DNA of 61,952 nt from positions 94,534,369-94,596,320 of the forward strand of contig NC_068988.1 of assembly GCF_001194135.2 (NCBI RefSeq), given 5' to 3'. The notes beneath the pieces are model-generated. The model was not told the DNA's origin. It did no database searches and saw nothing but the letters and a program-made list of their open reading frames with translations. Positions 28,264-40,483 of the stretch are shown here, piece after piece. Each line of letters opens with the position of its first letter. Position 1 is the first letter of the stretch. Position numbers and translations under genes: made by a program. Source of the DNA: Octopus bimaculoides. Lineage: Eukaryota.

Positions 28264-29649
28264 ACTGATGCACGTGCGCACGCACACACGTGCTTTTGAG
28301 GGAGAGAATATGCGAATACCGTACCAATAGTTCAACCCACACACGTACGCTTGCTCATAAACGCCCATAGATACATAAACGTACCGATAACGAAATACAC
28401 ACACTCACACACACACACACACACANNNNNNNNNNNNNNNNNNNNNNNNNNNNNNNNNNNNNNNNNNNNNNNNNNNNNNNNNNNNNNNNNNNNNNNNNNN
28501 NNNNNNNNNNNNNNNNNNNNNNNNNNNNNNNNNNNNNNNNNNNNNNNNNNNNNNNNNNNNNNNNNNNNNNNNNNNNNNNNNNNNNNNNNNNNNNNNNNNN
28601 NNNNNNNNNNNNNNNNNNNNNNNNNNNNNNNNNNNNNNNNNNNNNNNNNNNNNNNNNNNNNNNNNNNNNNNNNNNNNNNNNNNNNNNNNNNNNNNNNNNN
28701 NNNNNNNNNNNNNNNNNNNNNNNNNNNNNNNNNNNNNNNNNNNNNNNNNNNNNNNNNNNNNNNNNNNNNNNNNNNNNNNNNNNNNNNNNNNNNNNNNNNN
28801 NNNNNNNNNNNNNNNNNNNNNNNNNNNNNNNNNNNNNNNNNNNNNNNNNNNNNNNNNNNNNNNNNNNNNNNNNNNNNNNNNNNNNNNNNNNNNNNNNNNN
28901 NNNNNNNNNNNNNNNNNNNNNNNNNNNNNNNNNNNNNNNNNNNNNNNNNNNNNNNNNNNNNNNNNNNNNNNNNNNNNNNNNNNNNNNNNNNNNNNNNNNN
29001 NNNNNNNNNNNNNNNNNNNNNNNNNNNNNNNNNNNNNNNNNNNNNNNNNNNNNNNNNNNNNNNNNNNNNNNNNNNNNNNNNNNNNNNNNNNNNNNNNNNN
29101 NNNNNNNNNNNNNNNNNNNNACTCCGCCTCAACACCTTTCTCCTCCCCCATTAGTACCACCACAACGACCACCACCACACCACCACCACCACACCACCAC
29201 CACCACCACCACCACCACTACCACTACTACTACTCACTATCTTTATACGTTTTATTTTCCATGAGTTTTTCATTCTTTCTTTCAAAGACTTTTCTTTCAC
29301 ATTTCTATTGGCTTTCTTTCCTCCCATTATCTCTCTCCTTCTTCCTTACTTTTCTTCTTCGTTCGTAGATTTTTCTTCGTTCATTTCTTCCACACCTTGT
29401 TCATCGATTTTCTCTAGTTTCCTTCATTCATCAACTTTTTTGTCTTTTCCCCTTGTTTAAAATTTTTTTTTAGTTTTTCTGTTTTTCTTTCTTTCGTTCT
29501 TTCATTCTTTCTTCCTTCAACGCGCTTTCTTCGTTTAGCTCCGTCTTCATTCCCCTGCTTTACTCTCCATTCTTCCTCCATTCATTTGTTACATAGTTCC
29601 TTTTTCCTTCCTTTTTTCTTTGTTTCTTTTCAAATATGGCATCTTGGCT

Positions 29650-29740
29650 AAGTATCATCTATTATAAAGGCCAACCAAAAGACTTGTGAATGGATTTGGT
29701 AGACAGAAACCGAAAGAAGCTCATTATATATATATATGTG
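29650..29740 (+). mobile_element. SINE family A internal fragment
   Basis: GGATTTGGTAGACAGAAACCGAAAGAAGC matches the family A body. Confidence 0.7.
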
Positions 29741-29760
29741 TGTGTATTTGTGTGTGTATT

Positions 29761-29793
<33 letters not shown>

Positions 29794-29871
29794 CAAAGAA
29801 TATATATACATGTATACACACATATATGTACATACTTACATCTACATGTGTATATACATGCATATCAGGAT

Positions 29872-30025
29872 ACAGGACGTTAGAACAATAAACTACAGAC
29901 AACGGAACGAACACATAGGAAAACGGAAAGCCACTTGGAATATCCCTTCATCAGCTGTCTCTATTCTATCTAGACGTTTCGAAGACAAGACAGAACGTAC
30001 TCTAGAATAGTCTCTTCCTGAGTAG
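29872..30025 (-). ncRNA. Tandem pair of degenerate type I hammerhead motifs
   Basis: Unit A (30025-29970): CTA-CTCAGGA...GTCTTC-GAAACGTC-TAG. Unit B (29958-29872): ACAG-CTGATGA...TAACGTC-CTGT. Both have a GUC triplet; each has one damaged core strand. Confidence 0.5.
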
Positions 30026-30748
30026 TGGATCAACCCACTACACAGAGGATTCCAAGGTGGCAAACACAAACCAAGACAGGAAAAAATGGACAGTGNNNNN
30101 NNNNNNNNNNNNNNNNNNNNNNNNNNNNNNNNNNNNNNNNNNNNNNNNNNNNNNNNNNNNNNNNNNNNNNNNNNNNNNNNNNNNNNNNNNNNNNNNNNNN
30201 NNNNNNNNNNNNNNNNNNNNNNNNNNNNNNNNNNNNNNNNNNNNNNNNNNNNNNNNNNNNNNNNNNNNNNNNNNNNNNNNNNNNNNNNNNNNNNNNNNNN
30301 NNNNNNNNNNNNNNNNNNNNNNNNNNNNNNNNNNNNNNNNNNNNNNNNNNNNNNNNNNNNNNNNNNNNNNNNNNNNNNNNNNNNNNNNNNNNNNNNNNNN
30401 NNNNNNNNNNNNNNNNNNNNNNNNNNNNNNNNNNNNNNNNNNNNNNNCAGGACAGAGGTATAGATAGAAAGATGGAGGAAGACAGATAGATAAATAGATA
30501 GAAAGATAGATAGATAGATAGACAGATAGATAGATAGATAGATAGAAAGATAGTCACGTCAGAATAATAGTAGACTTACTTGCAAAAAAGGACGTGTGCG
30601 TTCAATAATGTAATAATACAAAGAATATATATACATATATATATATATATATTAGTAGTAATGATAAGACAACAAAAGAATGAATGAGACATCGATATTA
30701 TGTAAATAAAGGAATTTATCTCGTCAGTTATCAAGGCAATCGAAAAAT

Positions 30749-31081
30749 GCCTTTTACGCTATTAAAAATGTCGCTATCGGAGGAGAGGCTAGAAATTCTT
30801 TTGCTAATGTTTTTAACTAAATTTTTAAACTCTATGGAGGAATGGCAGAAACCCACATTAATATAACTAAGTCTATCGTTGGGCTTTCTATAAGGTTTAT
30901 GAATATTCTTATTTAGATCTAAGGATACATCTAGGAAATTGACAACTGTTAGGTTGGTATCTGTAGTTAAGCTAAGACCGAAAGTTTTCATCATTTGGAT
31001 AATGTCCTTCCTAAACCGATCTTGTGCTGGTCCATAGGTATTTGTGGTTAAAGCTAAGGCATCATCTTTGTAAATGGCGAA
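30749..31081 (-). pseudogene. Penelope-like element reverse transcriptase fragment (YxDD to thumb region)
   Basis: In-frame extension of ORF 30731-30994: FAIYKDDALAL...DRFRKDIIQMMKTFGLSLTTDTNLTVVNFLDVSLDLNKNIHKPYRKPND..SYIN...HSS. Matches PLE YRDD, VNFLDVTLDL and KPYRKPN motifs; YKDD at 31061-31072. Confidence 0.9.
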
Positions 31082-31097
31082 ATTTTTCGATTACCTC

Positions 31098-31158
31098 GAT
31101 AACTGACGAGATGCCGGAGCAGGTTTCCACCCCGACATCCGAAACTAGGAGTCTTATT
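31098..31158 (+). ncRNA. Type I hammerhead ribozyme motif in an inverted PLE terminal repeat
   Basis: GATAA-CTGACGA (31103-31109)-GATG..CGG/CCG..CATC-C-GAAA (31141-31144)-CT-AGG-AGT-C/TTATT; GUC cleavage at 31153; one extra C before GAAA. Confidence 0.75.
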
Positions 31159-31190
31159 ATGGCAACCGAATAACTGTCACATACTATTAA

Positions 31191-31360
31191 CAACTGATGC
31201 TGGTGTGTTTACGCTTCCACGTAACCTAGCGGTTCGGCCTAAGAGAACGATAGAATGAGTACTAGGCTTACAAAGAATAAGTCCTGGGATTGATTTATTC
31301 GACTAAAGACGGTGCTCCAGCATGGCCTGAATCTCATGACTGTAACAAGTAAAAGATAAA
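31191..31360 (+). mobile_element. SINE family A 3' half
   Basis: GCTGGTGTGTTTACG...GGCTTACAAAGAATAAGTCCTGGG...GGTGCTCCAGCATGGCC...ACAAGTAAAAGA. Confidence 0.85.
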
Positions 31361-31588
31361 ACAAGACAATTATCTCATCGCTTCCTCTCTTTCTTCCCCG
31401 TTCTCTCTCTCACTCTTTCTCCCTCCCTCTCTCTCTCTCTCTCTCAATCTCTCACCACCTATTTTCTCACTCTCTGCAACCCTCTTCCGCCTTTGTTTCT
31501 TCTCTTTCATTTCCTTTCAGTTCTCGTTTACTAGATTTCTATCTCTCTTTCTGTTTTTTTATTCATTCTCCTTTTTAATCCTTCCCTT

Positions 31589-31636
<48 letters not shown>

Positions 31637-32839
31637 TCTCTCCTCCTTTCAATGTCTTCCCTCCCTCCCTCCCTNNNNNNNNNNNNNNNNNNNNNNNNNN
31701 NNNNNNNNNNNNNNNNNNNNNNNNNNNNNNNNNNNNNNNNNNNNNNNNNNNNNNNNNNNNNNNNNNNNNNNNNNNNNNNNNNNNNNNNNNNNNNNNNNNN
31801 NNNNNNNNNNNNNNNNNNNNNNNNNNNNNNNNNNNNNNNNNNNNNNNNNNNNNNNNNNNNNNNNNNNNNNNNNNNNNNNNNNNNNNNNNNNNNNNNNNNN
31901 NNNNNNNNNNNNNNNNNNNNNNNNNNNNNNNNNNNNNNNNNNNNNNNNNNNNNNNNNNNNNNNNNNNNNNNNNNNNNNNNNNNNNNNNNNNNNNNNNNNN
32001 NNNNNNNNNNNNNNNNNNNNNNNNNNNNNNNNNNNNNNNNNNNNNNNNNNNNNNNNNNNNNNNNNNNNNNNNNNNNNNNNNNNNNNNNNNNNNNNNNNNN
32101 NNNNNNNNNNNNNNNNNNNNNNNNNNNNNNNNNNNNNNNNNNNNNNNNNNNNNNNNNNNNNNNNNNNNNNNNNNNNNNNNNNNNNNNNNNNNNNNNNNNN
32201 NNNNNNNNNNNNNNNNNNNNNNNNNNNNNNNNNNNNNNNNNNNNNNNNNNNNNNNNNNNNNNNNNNNNNNNNNNNNNNNNNNNNNNNNNNNNNNNNNNNN
32301 NNNNNNNNNNNNNNNNNNNNNNNNNNNNNNNNNNNNNNNNNNNNNNNNNNNNNNNNNNNNNNNNNNNNNNNNNNNNNNNNNNNNNNNNNNNNNNNNNNNN
32401 NNNNNNNNNNNNNNNNNNNNNNNNNNNNNNNNNNNNNNNNNNNNNNNNNNNNNNNNNNNNNNNNNNNNNNNNNNNNNNNNNNNNNNNNNNNNNNNNNNNN
32501 NNNNNNNNNNNNNNNNNNNNNNNNNNNNNNNNNNNNNNNNNNNNNNNNNNNNNNNNNNNNNNNNNNNNNNNNNNNNNNNNNNNNNNNNNNNNNNNNNNNN
32601 NNNNNNNNNNNNNNNNNNNNNNNNNNGAGTATTCTAAAATCCGAGATGAGACCCGAATATTTGCAAGACACTTGACTTCGCTAAAATAATCCCCCCAAAA
32701 TCATGGTGGAGTGTTTGGGTGACAGATTTTCCTCATCCACTTAATAAATACTTCAGCCAGGGGATAATTACTCGCATAATTATTTATTTTTTTTATTGTG
32801 TTAGAGTTTGAAATATATTCTCTTATTTATTTATTTATT

Positions 32840-33015
32840 TTTATTCTTTTATTTGTTTCAGTCATTTGACTGCAGCCATGCTTGGTCAACGCCTTTAGTC
32901 GAAGAAATCGACCCCAGCATTTATTCTTTTGTAAGCCTACTACTTATTCTATCGGTTTCTTTTTGATCAACCACTAGATTGCGGGGGCGTAAACACACCA
33001 GCATCGGTTGCCAAA
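32840..33015 (-). mobile_element. SINE family A 3' half
   Basis: Reverse complement of the family A tail (TGTTTCAGTCATTTGACTGCAGCCATGC...AAACACACCAGCATCGGTTG). Confidence 0.85.
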
Positions 33016-33243
33016 AGATGTGAGCATATTTTATTGGCAGGATTGTCTTATATGTTGCAGTTAGTATATCCTGTTGAATGGCACTCTAAAAGACAGGTAA
33101 GAGGAGATTTAAGAGCCTTCAGTGTCTTTTCGTATCTCTTTAGTGGATGAGATAGTGGTGGGGGAGGTTAATTTTTTAAAATTAAAACCCTTCTGTCAAC
33201 AGAGCTTTTATCTCCCCTTAACAACAATAGAATAATTACTAAG

Positions 33244-33700
33244 TTATTACCCCCGCCTTAGCAAAGGCGGGGGTATTGTTTTCAGTCGTGTTCGTTTGTT
33301 TGTTTGTCCGTGGACAAGATATCACATGAACCACTGGATGGATTCGGATGAAACTTTCAGGGATGTTTGGCCTCGTGACTGGTACGAACTGATTAGATTT
33401 TGGGATCGATCCAGTCCCAGACAAGGATTCTGGATTATTTGTTACGTTTACTTTATATGATTACGATCTTACGTTAACTCTCAAATCTTTCTCAATCATT
33501 TCCCTTTAGACTGTTAACTTTGGCTTGTATTAAATAAGGATAAACTATTTATTACTGTCACTAAATTTTCTACGGCCACCTTCACATTCCATGACTACCA
33601 TTGGGATCGATCAGGTATCGGACAAGGATTCTGAATTATTTTCGGGTTTTTTTTTTTTTGTACTTAATTTTTGAGAGCGGTCGGGTTCATTTTTATTTTA
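33244..33700 (+). mobile_element. Helentron-associated non-autonomous element (HINE/DINE-like); right end undefined
   Basis: TTATTAC start, 12 bp hairpin TACCCCCGCCTT-AGCA-AAGGCGGGGGTA (33248-33275), a GTTT/GTCC microsatellite, then GGATTCGGATGAAACTTTCAGG. Confidence 0.65.
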
Positions 33701-33990
33701 TTTCTTAAGTTCTGTGTCTGTTCACATTTATTTATTAAAAACACACTATATATTGCACGAAATATTGTTCCAGCTTACAATACCCATAGATCACTTCGTC
33801 ATTAAAGCTAAAATGATCATAACGAAAATGCATCTTAACGGGGTCGCTGTTTGCTGTTGCTGAAAAACCAACAGCAAACATTCCAGTTCATATTGAAAAC
33901 ATTCCGGCTTCCATCAAATATTTAATACCGAATTCTTTCACCAGAATGGACTCAGGTAAAACACCCAGAAACCAATTACTGGTATTAGAC

Positions 33991-34165
33991 CAGTGGTTCT
34001 CAACTGGAGTCCATATGACATTTGGCTGTCCATATAAGATTTGTGCCGGAAATTGACTATTCTTCTATAATACACAAACATCAAATGGCTGTAAAGAACA
34101 ATCCGAGTAAATTAAGAATTAAAGGGGTCTATAATTTTTTAAAAAAATATTATTGAGAACCTTTG
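33991..34165. mobile_element. hAT (Charlie-like) MITE
   Basis: TIRs CAGTGGTTCTCAA / TTGAGAACCTTTG; 8 bp TSD TATTAGAC / TATCAGAC. Confidence 0.8.
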
Positions 34166-34368
34166 TATCAGACCAGTAAGACGAATTGAGGCAACCTCAG
34201 AAGAACCCTTTAAGCGCCGAGAATCGAAATACAATGCATGTGCCAATGTGCAGATTGCAGTGTTGTGCACAACTTATGCTGCAGGATGACACGAGGGGCA
34301 CCAAGTTTTTTCTGACTACGTGCCTTAAATCAGGTGGGGGCACATTTGAGTGTTTCTATACAAAAGCA

Positions 34369-34399
<31 letters not shown>

Positions 34400-34720
34400 C
34401 TCTCACCCTAGCGCTTCCCTATAGCACAGGCACATTGTTTACCACACATTTACTTTCTCCCACACTCGCCTTTCTTCTATTTACACATTATTAGCTGCCA
34501 TTCACAATTATTTCATACAATCTATACCACACCTGTGTGAAGGCTGAACCAACAAGCGAAGAAGAAATATAAAACAATACGCCGTTTCTCTTAGATCGCC
34601 ATTCAGAATACAATTATATAAACGCACACCAACACAAACGCAAACAAATACAATAGCGTGTATACGTGTGTGTGGATGTGTGTGTATATGTATGTGAGTG
34701 TATATATATATATGTATATC

Positions 34721-34763
<43 letters not shown>

Positions 34764-35049
34764 NNNNNNNNNNNNNNNNNNNNNNNNNNNNNNNNNNNNN
34801 NNNNNNNNNNNNNNNNNNNNNNNNNNNNNNNNNNNNNNNNNNNNNNNNNNNNNNNNNNNNNNNNNNNNNNNNNNNNNNNNNNNNNNNNNNNNNNNNNNNN
34901 NNNNNNNNNNNNNNNNNNNNNNNNNNNNNNNNNNNNNNNNNNNNNNNNNNNNNNNNNNNNNNNNNNNNNNNNNNNNNNNNNNNNNNNNNNNNNNNNNNNN
35001 NNNNNNNNNNNNNNNNNNNNNNNNNNNNNNNNNNNNNNNNNNNNNNNNN

Positions 35050-35091
<42 letters not shown>

Positions 35092-35462
35092 TGTGTCTGT
35101 GTGTGTATGTATGTATGTATTTAATGGCTTAAATGATAATATTAATAAACAGACTAATTCATATTCCCACGGACAAGTGCTATGGTATATCGATTCCCTA
35201 CACATCAAACCATGTAGTGAATCCACACAAAATTGCATATAATCTACACACAAGCGACCAATAACTATTTCATGATTTTTCTCTTCACTCTAAAACACTT
35301 AAATTTTTCCCGCATATGTGAATGAAGATAATAAATATGATGAAAATATATATGAAAACTGATAGTAATAAAATTCACTCTTAATGAATTTATATAATTT
35401 AATAACACTGTTTTTTTAATAAAATACATGAGTGACTCGCACATCACTCCTCCGCTTTGTGT

Positions 35463-35508
<46 letters not shown>

Positions 35509-35557
35509 GTATATATATGTTAGTGTGCGTATACGTATGTAAAAACATATCCACCAC

Positions 35558-35592
<35 letters not shown>

Positions 35593-35646
35593 AACATACA
35601 TACATACATACATACATACATACGTACATATATATTTTTTTATACA

Positions 35647-36045
35647 GGAGTGGCTGTGTGGTAAGTAGCCTGCTTACCAGCCACATAGTTCTGGGTTCAG
35701 TCCCACAGCGTGGCACCTTGGGAAAATGTCTTTTACTATACCCTCGAGTCGCCCAAAGCCTTGTTAGTGGATTTGGTAGACGGAAACTGAAAGAAGCCCG
35801 TCGCATATATGTATATATATTATGTATATGTTTGTGTGTCTGTGTTTGTCTCCCGAACATCGCTTGACAACCGATGCTGGTGCGTTTACGTCTCCGTAAC
35901 TTAGTGGTTCGGCAAAAGACACCGATAGAATAAGTACTAGGCTTACAAAGAATAAGTCCTGGGATGGATATGCTTACTAAAGACGGTGCACCAGCATGGC
36001 CGCAGTCAAATGACTGAAACAAGTAAAAGAACAAAAGAATAAAGA
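35647..36045 (+). mobile_element. tRNA-derived SINE, family A, full length
   Basis: Colinear with 27623-28012. Confidence 0.9.
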
Positions 36046-36097
36046 GAATATATATATATCTACATACATAGATCCATTTATATATATATATACATGC

Positions 36098-36131
<34 letters not shown>

Positions 36132-37651
36132 CGTGCATACATCATGAATGGATGGATGGATGGATAAACTATAAGAAAGAGGAGATTTTGAGACACATTC
36201 TAATCACCTTTACAATCATTGCTCAAAGCAAGTTTGGTGATTCGTACCACTGCTGTAACGCTGAACAACAGGCTATACAAATGCCATATTTTGGAAATTT
36301 CTACATCCTGTTGGAGGATGAGGACCACTTAGTCACATTGACGCTAGCGACAGAGAAGACTGCCTGAAACTGAGGTCAGCCAATGCTAAAAGGGAACAGG
36401 GATTCCTGGTGCAGCTTTGAATTACAGCTCAGTTTGTCACTGCTGTCGGAGTCGAAGCCCTTCAGAGTCTTATATTAGTAGTGGGTTTAACGTTTGCTGT
36501 GTTTTTATAATCTGTACATCGTCTTTGGCCATCAATAGATCAATACACACAATTACACTTTCAGTTTCTTTTGCTGCGCTGCCATGGTGCGGAGTTTCAT
36601 CAGCTGTTTGTATATCCTTAACGAATAAAGGCGCATATGTTCTTTCCTTTTCAACTCTATATTTTCGTCTTGTAAACATGCCTAGAAAGTATTCAAAATA
36701 CGATAATATAAGTAAATATGCAGTTCTAAGTCAAGGACCAAAGAAAATTCCAACATTTTATTACAATTCGCCCGAATACCCGGGGACAGTCAATTGGAAA
36801 TATTTCATAACACTGAGTATTCCTGGGGAAGTTACTGCATATTTCAACGTAAATGAAAGAAAAAAAATCCTTATATTAAAAAGAATATCAATATTGAGAA
36901 GAGACCAGAAATAGTATCTAGTTGTCATCATTAGTGACTCTTACTCCTAGATATTTTTCATACACCCAAAAATGCAGTCTTTTCTAACGCAAAATGTTTG
37001 ATGTAGCTTCCAATTGATGACCGCAAGTTTAGTTTGGGCGTATTTATTTACGCAACAATAATTATTTTTGACCAGTAACAAAATCTACCTTGGCTCACTG
37101 CGTATTCAATCACATGGTGCATATATAGCCATTGAGAATCATCTTACCTGTGGAAGAACCAACGCCAAATATTTCTTGTAAGAGAACAAGTTTATACTAA
37201 AAGGTGGATGGAAGAACTCTGAGTAGCATCGGCCTGAAGCATGAAAGCTTAATTAAAAACCACCACACACACACACACACATACACACACACAGTTATAC
37301 ACACGTATACACACAGATATACATATATAAGCTTACACACACGTAGACACAGGCATATTTAAAACAGAACATAGTCATTTTGAGCGATGTGTTACAGGCG
37401 AAATATAGATGGGTGTGTGTGAGTGAGTGTATGCATGTGTGTGTATGTGTGTGTGTGTATGTAAGTGTGTGTTTTTGTGTGTGCGCGTGTGTGTGCAATA
37501 TATACATAGACGCGTGAAGTGTAACAGAATCCACTTTACAAAGCGTGATACATATCTCTAAATAACAACACACACACACACACATATATATATATACATA
37601 CATATACATACATACACACACATGATATATATGTGTGTGTACGTATATATG

Positions 37652-37761
<110 letters not shown>

Positions 37762-37908
37762 TATATATATTTATATATATACATATAAATATGTATATAT
37801 ATACACACACCCACATACATATATACACACATTTATATATATGTATATGAATATATTTATATATATACATTTACATATATATACATATATATATATACGT
37901 ATATGGGT

Positions 37909-37957
<49 letters not shown>

Positions 37958-38539
37958 TGTGTGTGTATGCGCATATAGACTTAGCAAAAGGCCCAAAACC
38001 TGATCAGAGTTCTAATTCATGGTGTGTGGCGATTATATCCGTCTTTCTGTAATTGATACAGTCATATTTATTGGATGACAGATGTCGTTCTTATTAACTT
38101 TATCTCTCTAACAAGCGGATCTCCAAGTATTAGCAGATGGATATTATTGTCGAACACTCACATCGAATCTAAGCACAACTGTCTTAACTTTCCACGTTCG
38201 CTCCCCCTCTTTCTCTTTCTTATTCCTGTATAACGCTCTTGCATGTAAGCGTTATAAAACTTTCATATATTTTTTTTTTCATATATTTTTCTATATTTTA
38301 TTGCTTTCATTGATAGATTTTTCACGATTTTTTCCCCGTCTGTGAATCTTTATTCCAACTGTGGCTTCAATAACTGTAAATGTTGTAAACATAACAGTGA
38401 GATATTAATGTATTGGTAAAAAAATAAATAAATAAAGATCTATATAACTGTTTACAAAGAAATACGCATACACCAGTCAAACATAGACACACTCACACGC
38501 AGACGCGCACACACCCACACAGATATATGCAAATATCTT

Positions 38540-38910
38540 TTATCATTTCTTTTACTCGTTTCACTCATTCGTCTGCAGCCATGCTGGGGCATCGCCTTGA
38601 AGAATTTAAGAGGAATATATCGAAAGCAGTATTCATATTTTTTAAGCCTGGTATTTATTCTATCGGTTATTTGCCGAACCGCTAAGTTACAGGCGTTTGC
38701 AGGTGACAAATGCATACACACAAACACATACATAGATACATATACACGACGGCCTTCTTTCTGTTTTCGTCTATTGAATTCACTCACGACAGGATTTGGT
38801 TTGGCCTGAGGCCAGACTAGAAGTCACTTGACCAGTGTGCCACGCAGTTAGACTGAATTCGGATCTATGTGGTTGGTACGCAAATGTGTTATCACACAGC
38901 CACGCCTGCA
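38540..38910 (-). mobile_element. SINE family A, full length, diverged
   Basis: Reverse complement of the head (CACACAGCCACGCC at ~38894-38907), body and tail. Confidence 0.8.
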
Positions 38911-39172
38911 CCTATACACACACCCACGACTATATATTCTCTTATTTATTTACTTGTTTCAATCATTTCGATTAGAGGTTGTGTTAACCTCATGAAGGGA
39001 TGGTTTCATCAAAGGAAATACTGGTTTAATACCTAGCAGTTTGTGAGAATCAATTTCCTTAAGATAATAGGTATATATATATATATAAAAACATAGTTTA
39101 TTTTCATATATAAGAAGAAAAAGAAAATGGAGTTTGGGAAGTTAATAATTGTTTATTATTAACAGCAAAATC

Positions 39173-39255
39173 ACTTACAGCTGTTTCACTTAATACTCAG
39201 TAAATAATAAGCAAATATTAAATTTATAAGACCTGAGCATAATATCTTCAGAGGG
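39173..39255 (-). ncRNA. Type I hammerhead motif, intact core
   Basis: CTGAAGA (39251-39245), stem II TGCTCAG/CTGAGTA, GAAACAGCTGTA (39187-39176) with palindromic stem III and GUA triplet; stem I weak. Confidence 0.65.
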
Positions 39256-39373
39256 AAAGAAAATATAACCTTGGATGTTTTATATGTATTTATGGATTCA
39301 TTATAGGAGACTGAACTATACGGTTTATAAGGAATCCATAAGCACATATAACACATCCAAGGGTATATTTTTT

Positions 39374-39445
39374 CCCTCTGGAGATATTATGCTCAGGTCA
39401 TAGGAATTTAATATTTACTGAGTATTAATTGAAACACCTGTAAGA
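39374..39445 (+). ncRNA. Type I hammerhead motif, mutated copy
   Basis: CTGGAGA (39378-39384)...GAAACACCTGTA (39431-39442). Confidence 0.55.
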
Positions 39446-39612
39446 TGGCCAATTTACTTTTAATAATAAACAATTATTAACTTCCCAATCTTCATTTTCT
39501 TTTTCTTTTTGTATATATATTACTCTACCTTGGGTATTCGAATACTACTTTTTCTATCTTATTTTGCATTTATGTGTCTGCTTGTGTATGTGTGTATATG
39601 TGTGTGTGTGTT

Positions 39613-39659
<47 letters not shown>

Positions 39660-39724
39660 AAGCTAAATGTATAGATGCAATTATATAGGAATTTTTAACA
39701 TTTATTTCGTTACAATTGTGTTTT

Positions 39725-39782
39725 TCTTTTACTCTTTTACTTGTTTCAGTCATTTTGACTGCAGCCATGCTGGAGCACCGAC
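39725..39782 (-). mobile_element. SINE family A 3' tail
   Basis: TACTTGTTTCAGTCATTTTGACTGCAGCCATGCTGGAGCACCG. Confidence 0.8.
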
Positions 39783-39871
39783 TTTGTTTATATTATATTT
39801 CAATAATATGTTGCATTTTGTTGTGACTATATTTTTCTATATATGTTGCTTTTCAAATTTTGGGTAAATAT

Positions 39872-39995
39872 CCTTTTCTACTCTAGGTACAAGGCCCGAA
39901 ATTTTGGGGAGGAGGGCCAGTCGATTACATCGACCCCAGTACGACCCCGAAAGGATGAAAGGCAAAGTCGACCTCGGCGGAATTTGAACTCGCGT
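39872..39995 (-). mobile_element. SINE family C fragment
   Basis: Reverse complement reads GAGTTCAAATTCCGCCGAGGTCGACTTTGCCTTTCATCCTTTCGGGGTCG...; related to 52715-52930. Confidence 0.8.
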
Positions 39996-40483
39996 GAATG
40001 ACACTTTATTATAGTAACGATCGTTGAATGCCTCGACGGGAGAATAATGCCGGACGTTTTAACGAACGCAGTAGGAATGATTGTAAGGTACATGAGACTG
40101 ATGCAGAAGAAAGGGAACCACGAAACATAACATTAAGATGCTTTACCTGCCTCAGGTACACCTTACTTGGTTCTTCTTGCTACTTGAGAAACTTTTGAAT
40201 AATCTTTGTACATGTATACACATGCAAACACACACACATATATGTGTAATCACAAATACATACATGCATACATCCATATCTGCGCGCGCATGCATGTGTG
40301 TGATTGTATAAATGCATAATTATATGCGTATGTGTATAAATATATATTTGTATTTACATTCACATAACCATACATATTTGTGCATATATATATAAAGGGC
40401 CAACATTCCCTAGCTTACACACAAGAGAGAAAACATGTCAAAAAGATGGGTCAGTTCCTCTCTGATATTTTGTAAATCCTTAA

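Larger units (their letters stand above)
39115..39507. repeat. Long imperfect palindrome (~180 bp arms, ~20-30 nt spacer), each arm carrying a hammerhead motif
   Basis: Arms 39115-39299 and 39332-39507 are reverse complements, e.g. TGGGAAGTTAATAATTGTTTATTATTAA / TTAATAATAAACAATTATTAACTTCCCA and GACCTGAGCATAATATC / GATATTATGCTCAGGTC. Confidence 0.95.
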
